In this document: positions 34,628 through 43,795 of the stretch, piece by piece
Layout of the letters: each line of letters opens with the position of its first letter
Numbering within the stretch: the stretch's first letter is position 1
NCBI GenBank assembly: GCA_964474685.1
Contig: CAYYTE010000003.1
Coordinates: 1-46,527 of the forward strand
Direction of reading: 5' to 3'
From: an uncultured Staphylococcaceae bacterium
GTDB lineage: Bacteria > Bacillota_I > Bacilli_A > ML615J-28 > CAG-313
DNA length: 46,527 bases
Notes under the pieces: generated by a model
The model's database searches: none
What the model saw: the letters and a program-made list of their open reading frames with translations, nothing else
What the model was told of the DNA's origin: nothing
Translations under genes and position numbers: made by a program

Positions 34628-37084
34628 ATGATTAAAGTAAAGAATTTAAAGAAATCATTTATACAAAAAAATAAATCTACTCAAGCAGTATTAAAAGGAA
34701 TCACTTTAGATTTTTCGGAGTCTGGTTTTGTAATGATTGTTGGTGCCTCCGGCGCTGGTAAAACTACACTCTTGAATACTATGTGTGGGTTAGAAAAAGT
34801 AACGAGTGGTTCGATTGAATTTGATTCAATTGTATTTGATAAGTATAATTATAGTAAGTGGGACAATTTAAGAAATCATGAGATTGGTTATATTTTTCAA
34901 AATTATGAACTATTTAATAATTTAAGTGTTTCTGATAATGTTGGAATGACTCTAACGATGTTAGGAATTACGGATAAAACATTCATTGATGAAAGAATTA
35001 AAGAAGTATTAAAAGTTGTTGATATGAATCAGTATCAAAACAGACTGGTATCAACGTTATCAGGTGGTCAAATGCAAAGGGTTGCTATTGCGAGAGCTTT
35101 AGTGAAAAATCCTCATGTTATTATTGCGGATGAACCAACGGGTAACTTAGATGAAAAGAACAGTTTAAGAATACTGGAAATATTAAAGAAAATTAGTGAA
35201 GATCGGTTAGTTGTAATGGTTACTCATGATATGGATTTTGCTAATTTTTATGCGACAAGGATTATTACATTAAAAGATGGATTAGTTGAAACGGATGAGG
35301 TCAATTTAAGAGAAGGCAAGAATTTACAATTAGAGGATAATCAAGACTTATATTTATTAGATTACACCAAAGAAGAATCCCTTCCTTTGAACCCAAAAAG
35401 TATTATTGATGTATACAGTGCAAATGATGGTTCGAAAGATGATTTTCAAATTGACATTCGAATGGTTATCAGAGGTAATACACTATATATTGACCCGCAA
35501 TCTCTTACTCATAAGATTGAAATCATTGATTCAAAATCTTCTATTCAAATGAGGGATGCTCATCAGAAGAAATTTGTTCAATTAAATGAAATAACAGAGA
35601 ATACCCAATTATCAAAATTAGATGATTCATTAATTAAACCATATAAATATCGGTTTTGGGAACATGTTGGGTTAAAGATAAAAGAACTATTCTTTATGAA
35701 AAAACGTAAAAACAGTTTCTTGATAGGATTCTTTATTGTATCTTTAATGTTGGTATTATCTACTACTTTATATGTGGGTAGTAAAAATCCTCCAATTGAA
35801 CAATTTCAAGATAGTGATAAATACTTAATAAAGGTGGATTTAGATAGTGCTTCTAAGGTTTGTGATGATAAAACATTTGATTATAATGATTTAGAAAAAT
35901 ATGAAACAAACACGATTAAGATGTATCCACAAATAACATATCCTATTGAAATATCTTTGGAAAATTACTCTACGAGTTATCAATTAAATGAACGTAAAAC
36001 TTTAAATGATATTGGTTGGATTCCTTATACGTCGATTCCTAATTATAAAGGTGTCAAACCGGGTAGGAATGAAGTAGTCATTGATAATATGTTATTTCAA
36101 AAGATGCTTGATCCAAAGAGTGATTTTTGTGTAGAGCCTAGTCCTGCTTTAATTATGAATCAAACAATCTATGTAAATAATGAATCTTATAAGATTGTAG
36201 GGACAACAAATAATTCAAATATGACGATCTATTGTAATCCGATTGATGAATTTGATGTATATTCTACGAGCCTAGATTTTGATTGTAAAACCATTGATAA
36301 AATTCAAGGATTTGATGATAGCGGGAATGTTATTAATACAATAGATGATACCTCTTGTTTAATTCCTTTGAAGTGGAAATCTTCTTTTGCAATCGGGTCA
36401 TCTATCCGAATACAAGTATATAATATTTCGAACCCTTCTTTGAAAGTAGTTGGTTATTACGATAATGCAAGTGCTGACTATGCGAAAACAATTGTTACAT
36501 CAAAAAATGTTATTCGGAGATTTGCATTTGAAGCGGGTGTCAAGGGTTATATGTCTTATGTTCAATCCGGTCATGGATTTTGTTTATATGCAATTGATTC
36601 TACGGACTTAGTTAATCAATTTAAAAAGGATAAAATACAATATATAAACTCTTATGAGAACAACTTAAAAGAATATGAATCAAGGTATTCCGGTGTTTAT
36701 CAAACCCTATTACTTGTAACTCTTGGTTTCTTCATTCTTCCTTTGATATTCCTTTTATTCTTTATGCGTTCAGAACGAATAAAGAATATTCGAAATATTA
36801 CAATTTATCGCAGCTTGGGAATGAAACGGACTTATATTTTGCAATCTCAATTCTCGAATATATTTACTGTTTTTCTCATTTCTAGTTTACCTGGATATAT
36901 TGTTGGTATAATATTAAATTTAATTTTAAACATTAAATATAAAATATTGATATCATCGAACCCATTACTTCTTATTGGAATATTTTTGTTTGTATTTATT
37001 ATGAATGTTATTGTAGGTATGTTACCTTCCATTTCCTTAATTAATAAAACACCTCATGATTTAATGGCGGAGTATGATATTTAG
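34628..37084 (+). CDS. MacB-like fused ABC ATPase / FtsX-family permease (818 aa)
   Basis: [35 protein letters not shown] and VTHD. Then TM1 (~aa 365-385), a ~300-aa extracytoplasmic domain, and a C-terminal FtsX bundle. Confidence 0.8.
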   Translation: MIKVKNLKKSFIQKNKSTQAVLKGITLDFSESGFVMIVGASGAGKTTLLNTMCGLEKVTSGSIEFDSIVFDKYNYSKWDNLRNHEIGYIFQNYELFNNLSVSDNVGMTLTMLGITDKTFIDERIKEVLKVVDMNQYQNRLVSTLSGGQMQRVAIARALVKNPHVIIADEPTGNLDEKNSLRILEILKKISEDRLVVMVTHDMDFANFYATRIITLKDGLVETDEVNLREGKNLQLEDNQDLYLLDYTKEESLPLNPKSIIDVYSANDGSKDDFQIDIRMVIRGNTLYIDPQSLTHKIEIIDSKSSIQMRDAHQKKFVQLNEITENTQLSKLDDSLIKPYKYRFWEHVGLKIKELFFMKKRKNSFLIGFFIVSLMLVLSTTLYVGSKNPPIEQFQDSDKYLIKVDLDSASKVCDDKTFDYNDLEKYETNTIKMYPQITYPIEISLENYSTSYQLNERKTLNDIGWIPYTSIPNYKGVKPGRNEVVIDNMLFQKMLDPKSDFCVEPSPALIMNQTIYVNNESYKIVGTTNNSNMTIYCNPIDEFDVYSTSLDFDCKTIDKIQGFDDSGNVINTIDDTSCLIPLKWKSSFAIGSSIRIQVYNISNPSLKVVGYYDNASADYAKTIVTSKNVIRRFAFEAGVKGYMSYVQSGHGFCLYAIDSTDLVNQFKKDKIQYINSYENNLKEYESRYSGVYQTLLLVTLGFFILPLIFLLFFMRSERIKNIRNITIYRSLGMKRTYILQSQFSNIFTVFLISSLPGYIVGIILNLILNIKYKILISSNPLLLIGIFLFVFIMNVIVGMLPSISLINKTPHDLMAEYDI

Positions 37085-37099
37085 TTCAATTGATAAAAC

Positions 37100-37133
37100 A
37101 AGTAGATTTTACCTTGGTAGAATCTACTTTTTT
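37100..37133 (+). terminator. intrinsic terminator after the ABC pair
   Basis: AAGTAGATT/AATCTACTT 9-bp stem followed by a T run. Confidence 0.7.
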
Positions 37134-37177
37134 ACGATTTTAACAATCCTTTGGTTAAACGTTTACGTGGGCATTTT

Positions 37178-37207
37178 TTACCAATAAAATAATCAATATG
37201 GTATAAT
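37178..37207 (+). promoter_or_regulatory. candidate promoter of pyrG
   Basis: TTACCA, 18-nt spacer, extended -10 TGGTATAAT (37199-37207). Confidence 0.45.
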
Positions 37208-37240
37208 ACAAGAAGTATTTTTTAAAAAGGAGTAGTGTAT

Positions 37241-38860
37241 ATGGCAAATCAGGCAAAGTTTATTTTTATTACAGGTGGTGTTGTATCGAGTCTTGGAAAG
37301 GGCATTGCTGCTTCTAGTATCGGAAGACTTTTGAAAAATCGTGGATTAAAAGTATTTATGCAAAAGTTTGATCCCTACATTAACTGTGACCCGGGAACGA
37401 TGTCTCCTTATCAACATGGAGAAGTTTTCGTGACTACGGATGGTGCCGAAACTGATTTGGACTTAGGCCATTATGAGCGATTTATTGATGAAGAGTTAAC
37501 GAAAAGATCGAATATTACGACAGGAAAAGTATATTTACGAGTTATAGAAAATGAACGAGCTGGAAAATATAATGGAGGTACTGTTCAAGTAATCCCTCAT
37601 ATAACAAATGAAATAAAAAGACAATTAACGGTTGCGGCGAAAGAGTCGGGAGCCGATGTAATAATAACTGAGATTGGTGGTACTGTTGGTGATATTGAGG
37701 GGCTTCCTTTTTTAGAAGCAATCAGGCAAGCACGTCGTGAATTTGGGTATGGGAATACTATATTCATTCATAATACTCTCGTTCCTTACCTTCGTGCCGC
37801 AAAAGAAATTAAAACAAAGCCTACTCAACATAGTGTAAAAGAATTAAGAGAATTAGGTATTCAACCAGATATGATTATTCTTCGTAGTGAGGTTAAGGTA
37901 CCGAAAGAGCAAAGAAACAAAATTGCATTATTTTGTGATGTTCCGGACAATTGTGTATTTGAGGCACAAGATGTGGATATCATTTATGAAATTGCCAATA
38001 AACTTCATAGTCAACATATTGACGATTTAATTTGTGAACATTTTGGTTTACAAACTCCTCCTTGCGATATGACGGAATGGGATGAAATGATATCAAGAAT
38101 TAAAAAGTCAAAAGAAAAACTTACAATCGCATTAGTAGGTAAATATACGGTTTTGCATGATGCGTATAAATCAGTAACTGAGAGCCTTTCTCATGCGGGA
38201 TATTGGTATGGAAATCAAATTCAAGTTATTTGGGTTGATTCTGAAACTGTAACAAAGGATTCAGCACCGGAAATATTCAAAGATGTTTCGGGTATTATTG
38301 TTCCTGGTGGTTTTGGTCCAAGAGGAATTGATGGAATGATAGTATCGAGTGAATATGCTCGAATGAATAAAATTCCATATTTTGGCATTTGTTTGGGTAT
38401 GCAAGTAGCATTAATCGAGATTGCAAGAAATATGGTCGGTTTACAAGATGCAGATTCTACTGAGTTTAACCCTGATACTACGAACCCGATTGTACAATAT
38501 CTTCCTAACCAATATGATGGAATCAAGATTGGTGGAACATTAAGACTTGGTAGCTTTGCTTGTAAATTAGATCCTGCTTCTCATGTGTATAATGAATATA
38601 AAGAAGAATTGATTAAAGAGCGTCATCGTCATCGTTATGAGTTCAATAATAATTATGAAGAAGTTCTCCATAAGGTTGGAATAGATTTTGTTGGAAGAAA
38701 TCCTGAGGGAGGATTTGTAGAAGTCATTGAACTTCATGATTTACCTTGGTTCGTTGGATGTCAATTCCATCCTGAATTCACTTCTCGTCCGAATAAACCA
38801 AATCCTTTATTCAAAGGCTTCATTCGTAATGCGATAGAATATAGAGACAGTCATAAATAA
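37241..38860 (+). CDS. pyrG: CTP synthase
   Basis: KFIFITGGVVSSLGKG at the N-terminus and glutamine amidotransferase motif GICLGMQ. AAAGGAG lies 8 nt before ATG 37241. The ORF-track GTG at 37235 is too close to the RBS. Confidence 0.95.
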   Translation: MANQAKFIFITGGVVSSLGKGIAASSIGRLLKNRGLKVFMQKFDPYINCDPGTMSPYQHGEVFVTTDGAETDLDLGHYERFIDEELTKRSNITTGKVYLRVIENERAGKYNGGTVQVIPHITNEIKRQLTVAAKESGADVIITEIGGTVGDIEGLPFLEAIRQARREFGYGNTIFIHNTLVPYLRAAKEIKTKPTQHSVKELRELGIQPDMIILRSEVKVPKEQRNKIALFCDVPDNCVFEAQDVDIIYEIANKLHSQHIDDLICEHFGLQTPPCDMTEWDEMISRIKKSKEKLTIALVGKYTVLHDAYKSVTESLSHAGYWYGNQIQVIWVDSETVTKDSAPEIFKDVSGIIVPGGFGPRGIDGMIVSSEYARMNKIPYFGICLGMQVALIEIARNMVGLQDADSTEFNPDTTNPIVQYLPNQYDGIKIGGTLRLGSFACKLDPASHVYNEYKEELIKERHRHRYEFNNNYEEVLHKVGIDFVGRNPEGGFVEVIELHDLPWFVGCQFHPEFTSRPNKPNPLFKGFIRNAIEYRDSHK

Positions 38861-38917
38861 CTGAAGAAATTTCAAACGATTGTTTGTATCTTTTAAATTC
38901 AATTAAGTAGATGAAAG

Positions 38918-38957
38918 AAAAAACGTAAGTATTAGCATTGCCTTACTTACGTTTTTT
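38918..38957. terminator. bidirectional terminator between pyrG and the convergent minus-strand operon
   Basis: AAAAAACGTAAGTA/TACTTACGTTTTTT stem with an A-run on one side and a T-run on the other. Confidence 0.75.
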
Positions 38958-38975
38958 ATATGGAGAAAAAATGTT

Positions 38976-39935
38976 TTAGTTTTCTTTTATTTTGGGAATG
39001 AAATAATCAACTTTCGTTGGTGAATCATCGATTTCTTCTTTTGAACATAATATAGAAAGAATCTCATTTTTATCTAATGGGATAAATTTTGTTTCTTCAA
39101 CTATTTCAAAATCATCTTTTTCTCTTTTCTTCCTTTTGTGTTCAGTTATAATTATACCTATAGTTCCAAACACGCTACAAGAAAAGACGAGTACAGTATT
39201 TATAGTAGATAAAAGCGAGGAAAAGATATATTCAAAAGGAAGGTCGCCGAGCGATACTTGGTAGGTTCCTGTATCAAACCTCTTCCCGAAACCATCTCCA
39301 AAGTCTTTAAAATCAAAATCATCCATAGGAAGACTTCCGGGATCTTTACCTTCAAAGAAATCATCGGGTGGTGTCATGCCATCCATTTTGTCATGTAAAT
39401 CATCTTTATTCGAGATAAAACCTTCAGGTGCATCTTTTGTTCCAAATTTAAATTGATGATTATTACCAAAGAGGGTTCTTGATCCTGTAAGTAATGTAGA
39501 TAAATTTGTTATATTTGTTACGAAGGTTGATTCTGTTTGACGTTTAAAGTTGCTTTGTTTTGTTTTTGTAGTAAACCCCATACAAACACTAAAGATAGAA
39601 ATAACAATAGCTAAGAGTGCAATTGCACTATCTAGTTTTACAATATAAACGTAATTTGTTTTTAAAACACTCCGATTTATTGTCTTTTCAACTCGGAAGG
39701 ATAAAAAGAAGAGAAATATAAATGCGAGCATAGAAGCAATTAATAAAGGAGAATAGAGAAAGTAAAAAAGAGGAACCGATACAATTGTGATAATCTTTAA
39801 TATACAAAATAATGAATATGAGAAAGGGTTTTTTACTTTCTCATGTTTTAAACCAGATTTATCTAATCTTTCTTTTCTTCTGTTTTGTTTTTCTTGGTTA
39901 TGAATACGCCGTTCTTTAACTGTTTTCTTAGCCAT
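38976..39935 (-). CDS. membrane protein of unknown function, translationally coupled to the FtsX permease
   Basis: ATG 39935 overlaps the permease stop (TAATG). Basic N-terminus (MAKKTVKERRIHNQEKQNRRKER), then about 3-4 TM helices. An acidic/Pro-rich loop (PPDDFFEGKDPGSLPMDDFDFKDFGDGFG) is followed by a final TM helix. I recognise no family. Confidence 0.6.
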   Translation of the reverse strand: MAKKTVKERRIHNQEKQNRRKERLDKSGLKHEKVKNPFSYSLFCILKIITIVSVPLFYFLYSPLLIASMLAFIFLFFLSFRVEKTINRSVLKTNYVYIVKLDSAIALLAIVISIFSVCMGFTTKTKQSNFKRQTESTFVTNITNLSTLLTGSRTLFGNNHQFKFGTKDAPEGFISNKDDLHDKMDGMTPPDDFFEGKDPGSLPMDDFDFKDFGDGFGKRFDTGTYQVSLGDLPFEYIFSSLLSTINTVLVFSCSVFGTIGIIITEHKRKKREKDDFEIVEETKFIPLDKNEILSILCSKEEIDDSPTKVDYFIPKIKEN

Positions 39936-41086
39936 TATTCGTACCTCAAACAATCTACAGGATCTAAGTGCGATGCTTTCATTGATGGAGCAATTCCTGC
40001 TAGGATACTAATAATTGTTGATAAAACTAAGCCTAATAAGTAGTATAGGATATTATAACTAATAAGGGTTGTATGAAGTGTGATGGAGCAAATCGAATTT
40101 GTAATAATTGTAAGTGTTAAACATCCGATACAGGCAATGGCACCGCCTATGAATCCCATAATTCCCGCTTCAAAGAAGAATATTTTTTGAATATCTTTTC
40201 TTCTTGCTCCGATACTTCTTAGAATTCCGATTTCTTTCATTCTTTCACTAATTGAAATGTATAGAACAATAAATATCATGATTGCTGAAACAATCATTGA
40301 TATACCACTAACACCACTTAATACACTTGTTCCAAGGTCAACATATTTTGTTACGCTTGATACATTCGAATCTTCTTGGAATATGGAATATCTAGGATTA
40401 ATTGCTTTGATATCTTCCATAACCGCATTCACATAACTTGCACTCGCACATTCTACATATAATAAATTTTTTGTAAGGTTTGTATTCGTAAAATAGGAAC
40501 TCATTGCATTATTATATAAATAAATATTATAAGCCTCATAATAGGAAGTATTATCTTGATAGATTCCTCCAATAGTAAATTCTTGAGTATCTGTTCCTAG
40601 AGTTAATGTGATAGATGTTCCTACACAATCAATTAAGGCACTATCCGATATTTTTTGGGCAAGGGTTTCGTTTATTAATATCTCATTCCTTGTAAGATTG
40701 GCATTCCCATATAGAATGGTCGGTACGAAGTTTTCATAGTAGGTATAAGCGAAGGCAATGGTTTGGTCAGAATATTTCTCATTCGTAAAGGTCATGTTGG
40801 TGTCCACATGGGTAGCTTCCGTAGTTTTTATACCTTGTATATTTGAAATAGAAGTTAATACATCACTTGAAAAGGTAGAATCATCGATTGTTGTTACTAC
40901 CATTTGTAAAGATGTGGAGTCTTCACTATAGACATCATTGATATAATTGGTAATTCCTTCGGATAAGGATAATATTAAAATTACACAACAAATTCCTATA
41001 GATAAACCAAAGGAAACGAGTATACTTCGTGATTTTGTTTGTAATAGATTATCAATAGCGATTTTAAATAATGATTTGTTTTTAAT
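39935..41086 (-). CDS. FtsX/MacB-type ABC permease (4 TM) with a probable non-canonical ATT start
   Basis: The ORF track starts at ATG 40903. The same frame is open up to 41104 and encodes (I)KNKSLFKIAIDNLLQTKSRSILVSFGLSIGICCVILILSLSEG, the expected TM1 of an FtsX permease. That stretch has no ATG, GTG or TTG. ATT 41086 overlaps the ATPase stop. Confidence 0.6.
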   Translation of the reverse strand: MKNKSLFKIAIDNLLQTKSRSILVSFGLSIGICCVILILSLSEGITNYINDVYSEDSTSLQMVVTTIDDSTFSSDVLTSISNIQGIKTTEATHVDTNMTFTNEKYSDQTIAFAYTYYENFVPTILYGNANLTRNEILINETLAQKISDSALIDCVGTSITLTLGTDTQEFTIGGIYQDNTSYYEAYNIYLYNNAMSSYFTNTNLTKNLLYVECASASYVNAVMEDIKAINPRYSIFQEDSNVSSVTKYVDLGTSVLSGVSGISMIVSAIMIFIVLYISISERMKEIGILRSIGARRKDIQKIFFFEAGIMGFIGGAIACIGCLTLTIITNSICSITLHTTLISYNILYYLLGLVLSTIISILAGIAPSMKASHLDPVDCLRYE

Positions 41087-41819
41087 GCTTCTGGGATGGA
41101 TTGTTCACAAATCTTTTCTCATAATCGATGGTATTTATTTGCTTATCTACTTTTACGATTCCATCATCAATTTGAATAATTCTCGAACAATTATCCGCAA
41201 TCTTTTGACTATGAGTAACTATGATGACAAGTTTTCCTGTTTTAACTATTTCAGTTAAAATTGCAAGTACTGTATCCGTTGCTTCTTTATCGAGTGCTCC
41301 TGTTGGTTCATCCGCAAGTATGATATCTGGATCATTTGCGAGTGCCCTTGCAATTGCTACCCTCTGTTTTTGACCACCGGATAGTTGACTGGGCATTTTA
41401 TCCGCAATTTTATCGAGTCCCACCATTTTCAGTAAATCCATAGCATGTTGTTTTCGTTCAGCGGGGTTTATATCCGACATTGTCATTGCTATTTCTACAT
41501 TTTCTAATAGATTCATATGACCGATTAGTTGATAGTTTTGAAATACCATTCCGATGTTTTTCTTTCGGTAATCATCCATTTCTTTTTCACTGTAATCACG
41601 TAAGTATTTTTTTTTGAAAATTACGCTCCCAGTGTAGGTTGTATCAAGACCCCCTAAGATATTAATTAATGTTGATTTTCCACTACCTGACTCTCCTAAG
41701 ATAGCAACTAGTTCTCCTTTGAAAAAACCAGCTTCGACACCTCTTAAGACTGTTTGTTTTTGAGTCTTTGAAATGTCATAACTTTTTTCAATGTTTGTAA
41801 TTTCTAATAAATAACTCAT
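41082..41819 (-). CDS. ABC transporter ATP-binding protein (MacB/LolD-like)
   Basis: [35 protein letters not shown] and VTHS. Confidence 0.9.
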   Translation of the reverse strand: MSYLLEITNIEKSYDISKTQKQTVLRGVEAGFFKGELVAILGESGSGKSTLINILGGLDTTYTGSVIFKKKYLRDYSEKEMDDYRKKNIGMVFQNYQLIGHMNLLENVEIAMTMSDINPAERKQHAMDLLKMVGLDKIADKMPSQLSGGQKQRVAIARALANDPDIILADEPTGALDKEATDTVLAILTEIVKTGKLVIIVTHSQKIADNCSRIIQIDDGIVKVDKQINTIDYEKRFVNNPSQKH

Positions 41820-41969
41820 ATTTTCACCTCTGTATGGTTATTATTATATACCTCGATTCTAAAGTTTAGGTAAAGTTTTTAAAAAAGAATAATAAACAAT
41901 CTCTGAAATTTTATCTTTCAGGTTTTATGTATTCTATCTATATAAAAAAGCAATCTATTATAATATTAG

Positions 41970-41998
41970 TTGAAATAGAATCCAAAAAGTTGTATAAT
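41970..41998 (+). promoter_or_regulatory. sigma-70-type promoter of the dlt-like operon
   Basis: TTGAAA (41970-41975), 17-nt spacer, TATAAT (41993-41998). Confidence 0.6.
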
Positions 41999-42048
41999 AT
42001 ACTAAAGTAAGATGAATGATATATCCTGCTTTTTTGAAAGGAAAGAAT

Positions 42049-43551
42049 ATGAATCCAATTGTTGAAACATTTTTAAATAATGTTGAATTAACACCTAATA
42101 AAATGCTGTTTCAATATAAAGATAAAAGTGTAACCTATCAAGAGTTTTTAGAACAATCTTCCTTTATTGCGACGTCTATTATCGCAACAAATTCTCATAA
42201 AACAGTTGCTATCTATTGTGATCGCAGCATTTGGTGCTTAGCTTCAATGTTTGCGTGTGTTTTAGCAAATGTAAGTTATACAGTATTAGATGTTCATTCG
42301 CCACTAACTAGAGTTCAAAAAATCCTAGAATTGCTGGATTCAGATATTCTATTAACTTGTAAAGAAGATGCTTTGATAGTACCAATGGAATTAATTGGTT
42401 CTAGAAAAGTTATTGTTTGTGATGAATTGTGTGTAAAAGAAGAAGAGTTGATTCGAACGAGACAATTGGAGTATGTTTCTAGTAATGTGATGTATATTCT
42501 ATTCACCTCTGGTTCTACGGGTACTCCGAAAGGTGCAGTAATCAGTTATGATAATTTAATTCATTATCAAACATGGTTTATGAATTGTTTTGATATAACA
42601 AAAGATACTATTTTTGCTTCTCAAACCCCATTCTACTTTAGTATGTCGGTATCGGATGTTTTTGCGACAATCCTTGCGGGGGCGAGTTTAGTTATCTTGT
42701 CAAAAAGTGATTTTTCCTTTCCTGTTCGTATTGTTGAACAAATGAATCGATATCTCGTGAATACTATTTATTGGGTACCTTCCGCATACGGTATTTTTAT
42801 GTTTTATGATTTATTTAAATATATGAAGTTTAATACTTTACGCAAGTGCTTGTTTGCGGGGGAAGTAATGAATACAAAATTCTTAGATTATTGGCGGAAG
42901 AATAATAAGGATTGTTTATTTGCAAATTTATTTGGTCCAACAGAGACAACAGATATATGTACATATTATAAAATTGGAAAAGATGAGGTTATTCATGCCT
43001 CTGTTCCTATTGGTATTTCGTGTGAAGGAATTGATTCCTTCTTATGGAATGAAGACCATATTGTTACATCTCCCGATGAACAAGGAGAACTCTATGTAAG
43101 AGGTGCATTTGTAGGACTCGGATATTTTAAAAACAAAGAAAAAACACTTACTACATTTGTACAAAATCCTGCTCAAAACAATTACCCTGAAATTGTTTAT
43201 AAGACCGGAGATTTATGTTGTTATAATAATTCAATGCAATTAATCTATGCAGGGCGTAGCGATTATCAAATTAAACATCAAGGAAACCGAATTGAACTTG
43301 GTGAAATTGAACAAAATGTTTTAACAATTGATGCCATTCAAAGCGTTATCGCTCTATATAATAAGGAAGAGGATAATATTATTTTAATCTATCAAGGTAA
43401 AATTAAAATAGAAGAATTAATACCTATTTTAAACATTACTCTTGTTAGTTATATGGTTCCACAGGTTGTTAAGAAAGTACAGAATTTCATTTTTAATGCC
43501 AATGGAAAAATTGATCGTAAATGGTATAATGAAAATTATAAAACTATGTAA
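42049..43551 (+). CDS. dltA: DltA-like carrier-protein ligase (adenylation enzyme)
   Basis: Adenylation cores FTSGSTGTPKG, YKTGD, GRSDYQIKHQGNRIELGEIE and NGKIDRK. About 500 aa. GAAAGGA RBS before ATG 42049. Substrate cannot be read from the sequence by eye. Confidence 0.8.
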   Translation: MNPIVETFLNNVELTPNKMLFQYKDKSVTYQEFLEQSSFIATSIIATNSHKTVAIYCDRSIWCLASMFACVLANVSYTVLDVHSPLTRVQKILELLDSDILLTCKEDALIVPMELIGSRKVIVCDELCVKEEELIRTRQLEYVSSNVMYILFTSGSTGTPKGAVISYDNLIHYQTWFMNCFDITKDTIFASQTPFYFSMSVSDVFATILAGASLVILSKSDFSFPVRIVEQMNRYLVNTIYWVPSAYGIFMFYDLFKYMKFNTLRKCLFAGEVMNTKFLDYWRKNNKDCLFANLFGPTETTDICTYYKIGKDEVIHASVPIGISCEGIDSFLWNEDHIVTSPDEQGELYVRGAFVGLGYFKNKEKTLTTFVQNPAQNNYPEIVYKTGDLCCYNNSMQLIYAGRSDYQIKHQGNRIELGEIEQNVLTIDAIQSVIALYNKEEDNIILIYQGKIKIEELIPILNITLVSYMVPQVVKKVQNFIFNANGKIDRKWYNENYKTM

Positions 43552-43562
43552 TGGAGGATTTT

Positions 43563-43790
43563 ATGGACAAGTTATTAAAAATATTAGAGGGAATTAAACC
43601 GGGAATTGATTTTAAAAATGAACAACATATAATTTCCAATCAAGTATTGACATCAATGGAAATTGTTCGTTTAGTGATGGAAATCTCGGATGAATTCGAT
43701 GTTACTATTTCTCCTTTAAAAATTATTCCTGAGAACTTCGAAACAGTAGACGCAATCATGCATCTAATTGAGGAATCAGGGGACGAGTAA
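43563..43790 (+). CDS. dltC: DltC-like acyl/D-alanyl carrier protein
   Basis: 75-aa acidic protein with a probable phosphopantetheine serine in QVLTSMEIV (compare GILDSF). GGAGG lies 5 nt before ATG 43563. ATG 43551, overlapping the dltA stop, is an alternative start. Confidence 0.75.
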   Translation: MDKLLKILEGIKPGIDFKNEQHIISNQVLTSMEIVRLVMEISDEFDVTISPLKIIPENFETVDAIMHLIEESGDE

Positions 43791-43795
43791 TTTAT

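Noticed and set aside
37134-37240. Possible pyrG leader attenuator (CTP-sensing reiterative-transcription type, as in B. subtilis).
   Set aside because: With the best promoter candidate (-10 at 37202-37207) the 5' UTR is only about 25-30 nt. It contains no terminator hairpin.
40947-41258. Plus-strand 103-aa ORF.
   Set aside because: It lies antisense to the FtsX N-terminal TM1 coding region and the 3' end of the ABC ATPase gene. The minus-strand reading gives clear family motifs.
42012-42065. 17-codon ORF (MNDISCFFERKEYESNC) upstream of, and overlapping, the dltA start, considered as a possible DltX.
   Set aside because: It has no hydrophobic helix, is far shorter than DltX, and overlaps the dltA RBS and start.
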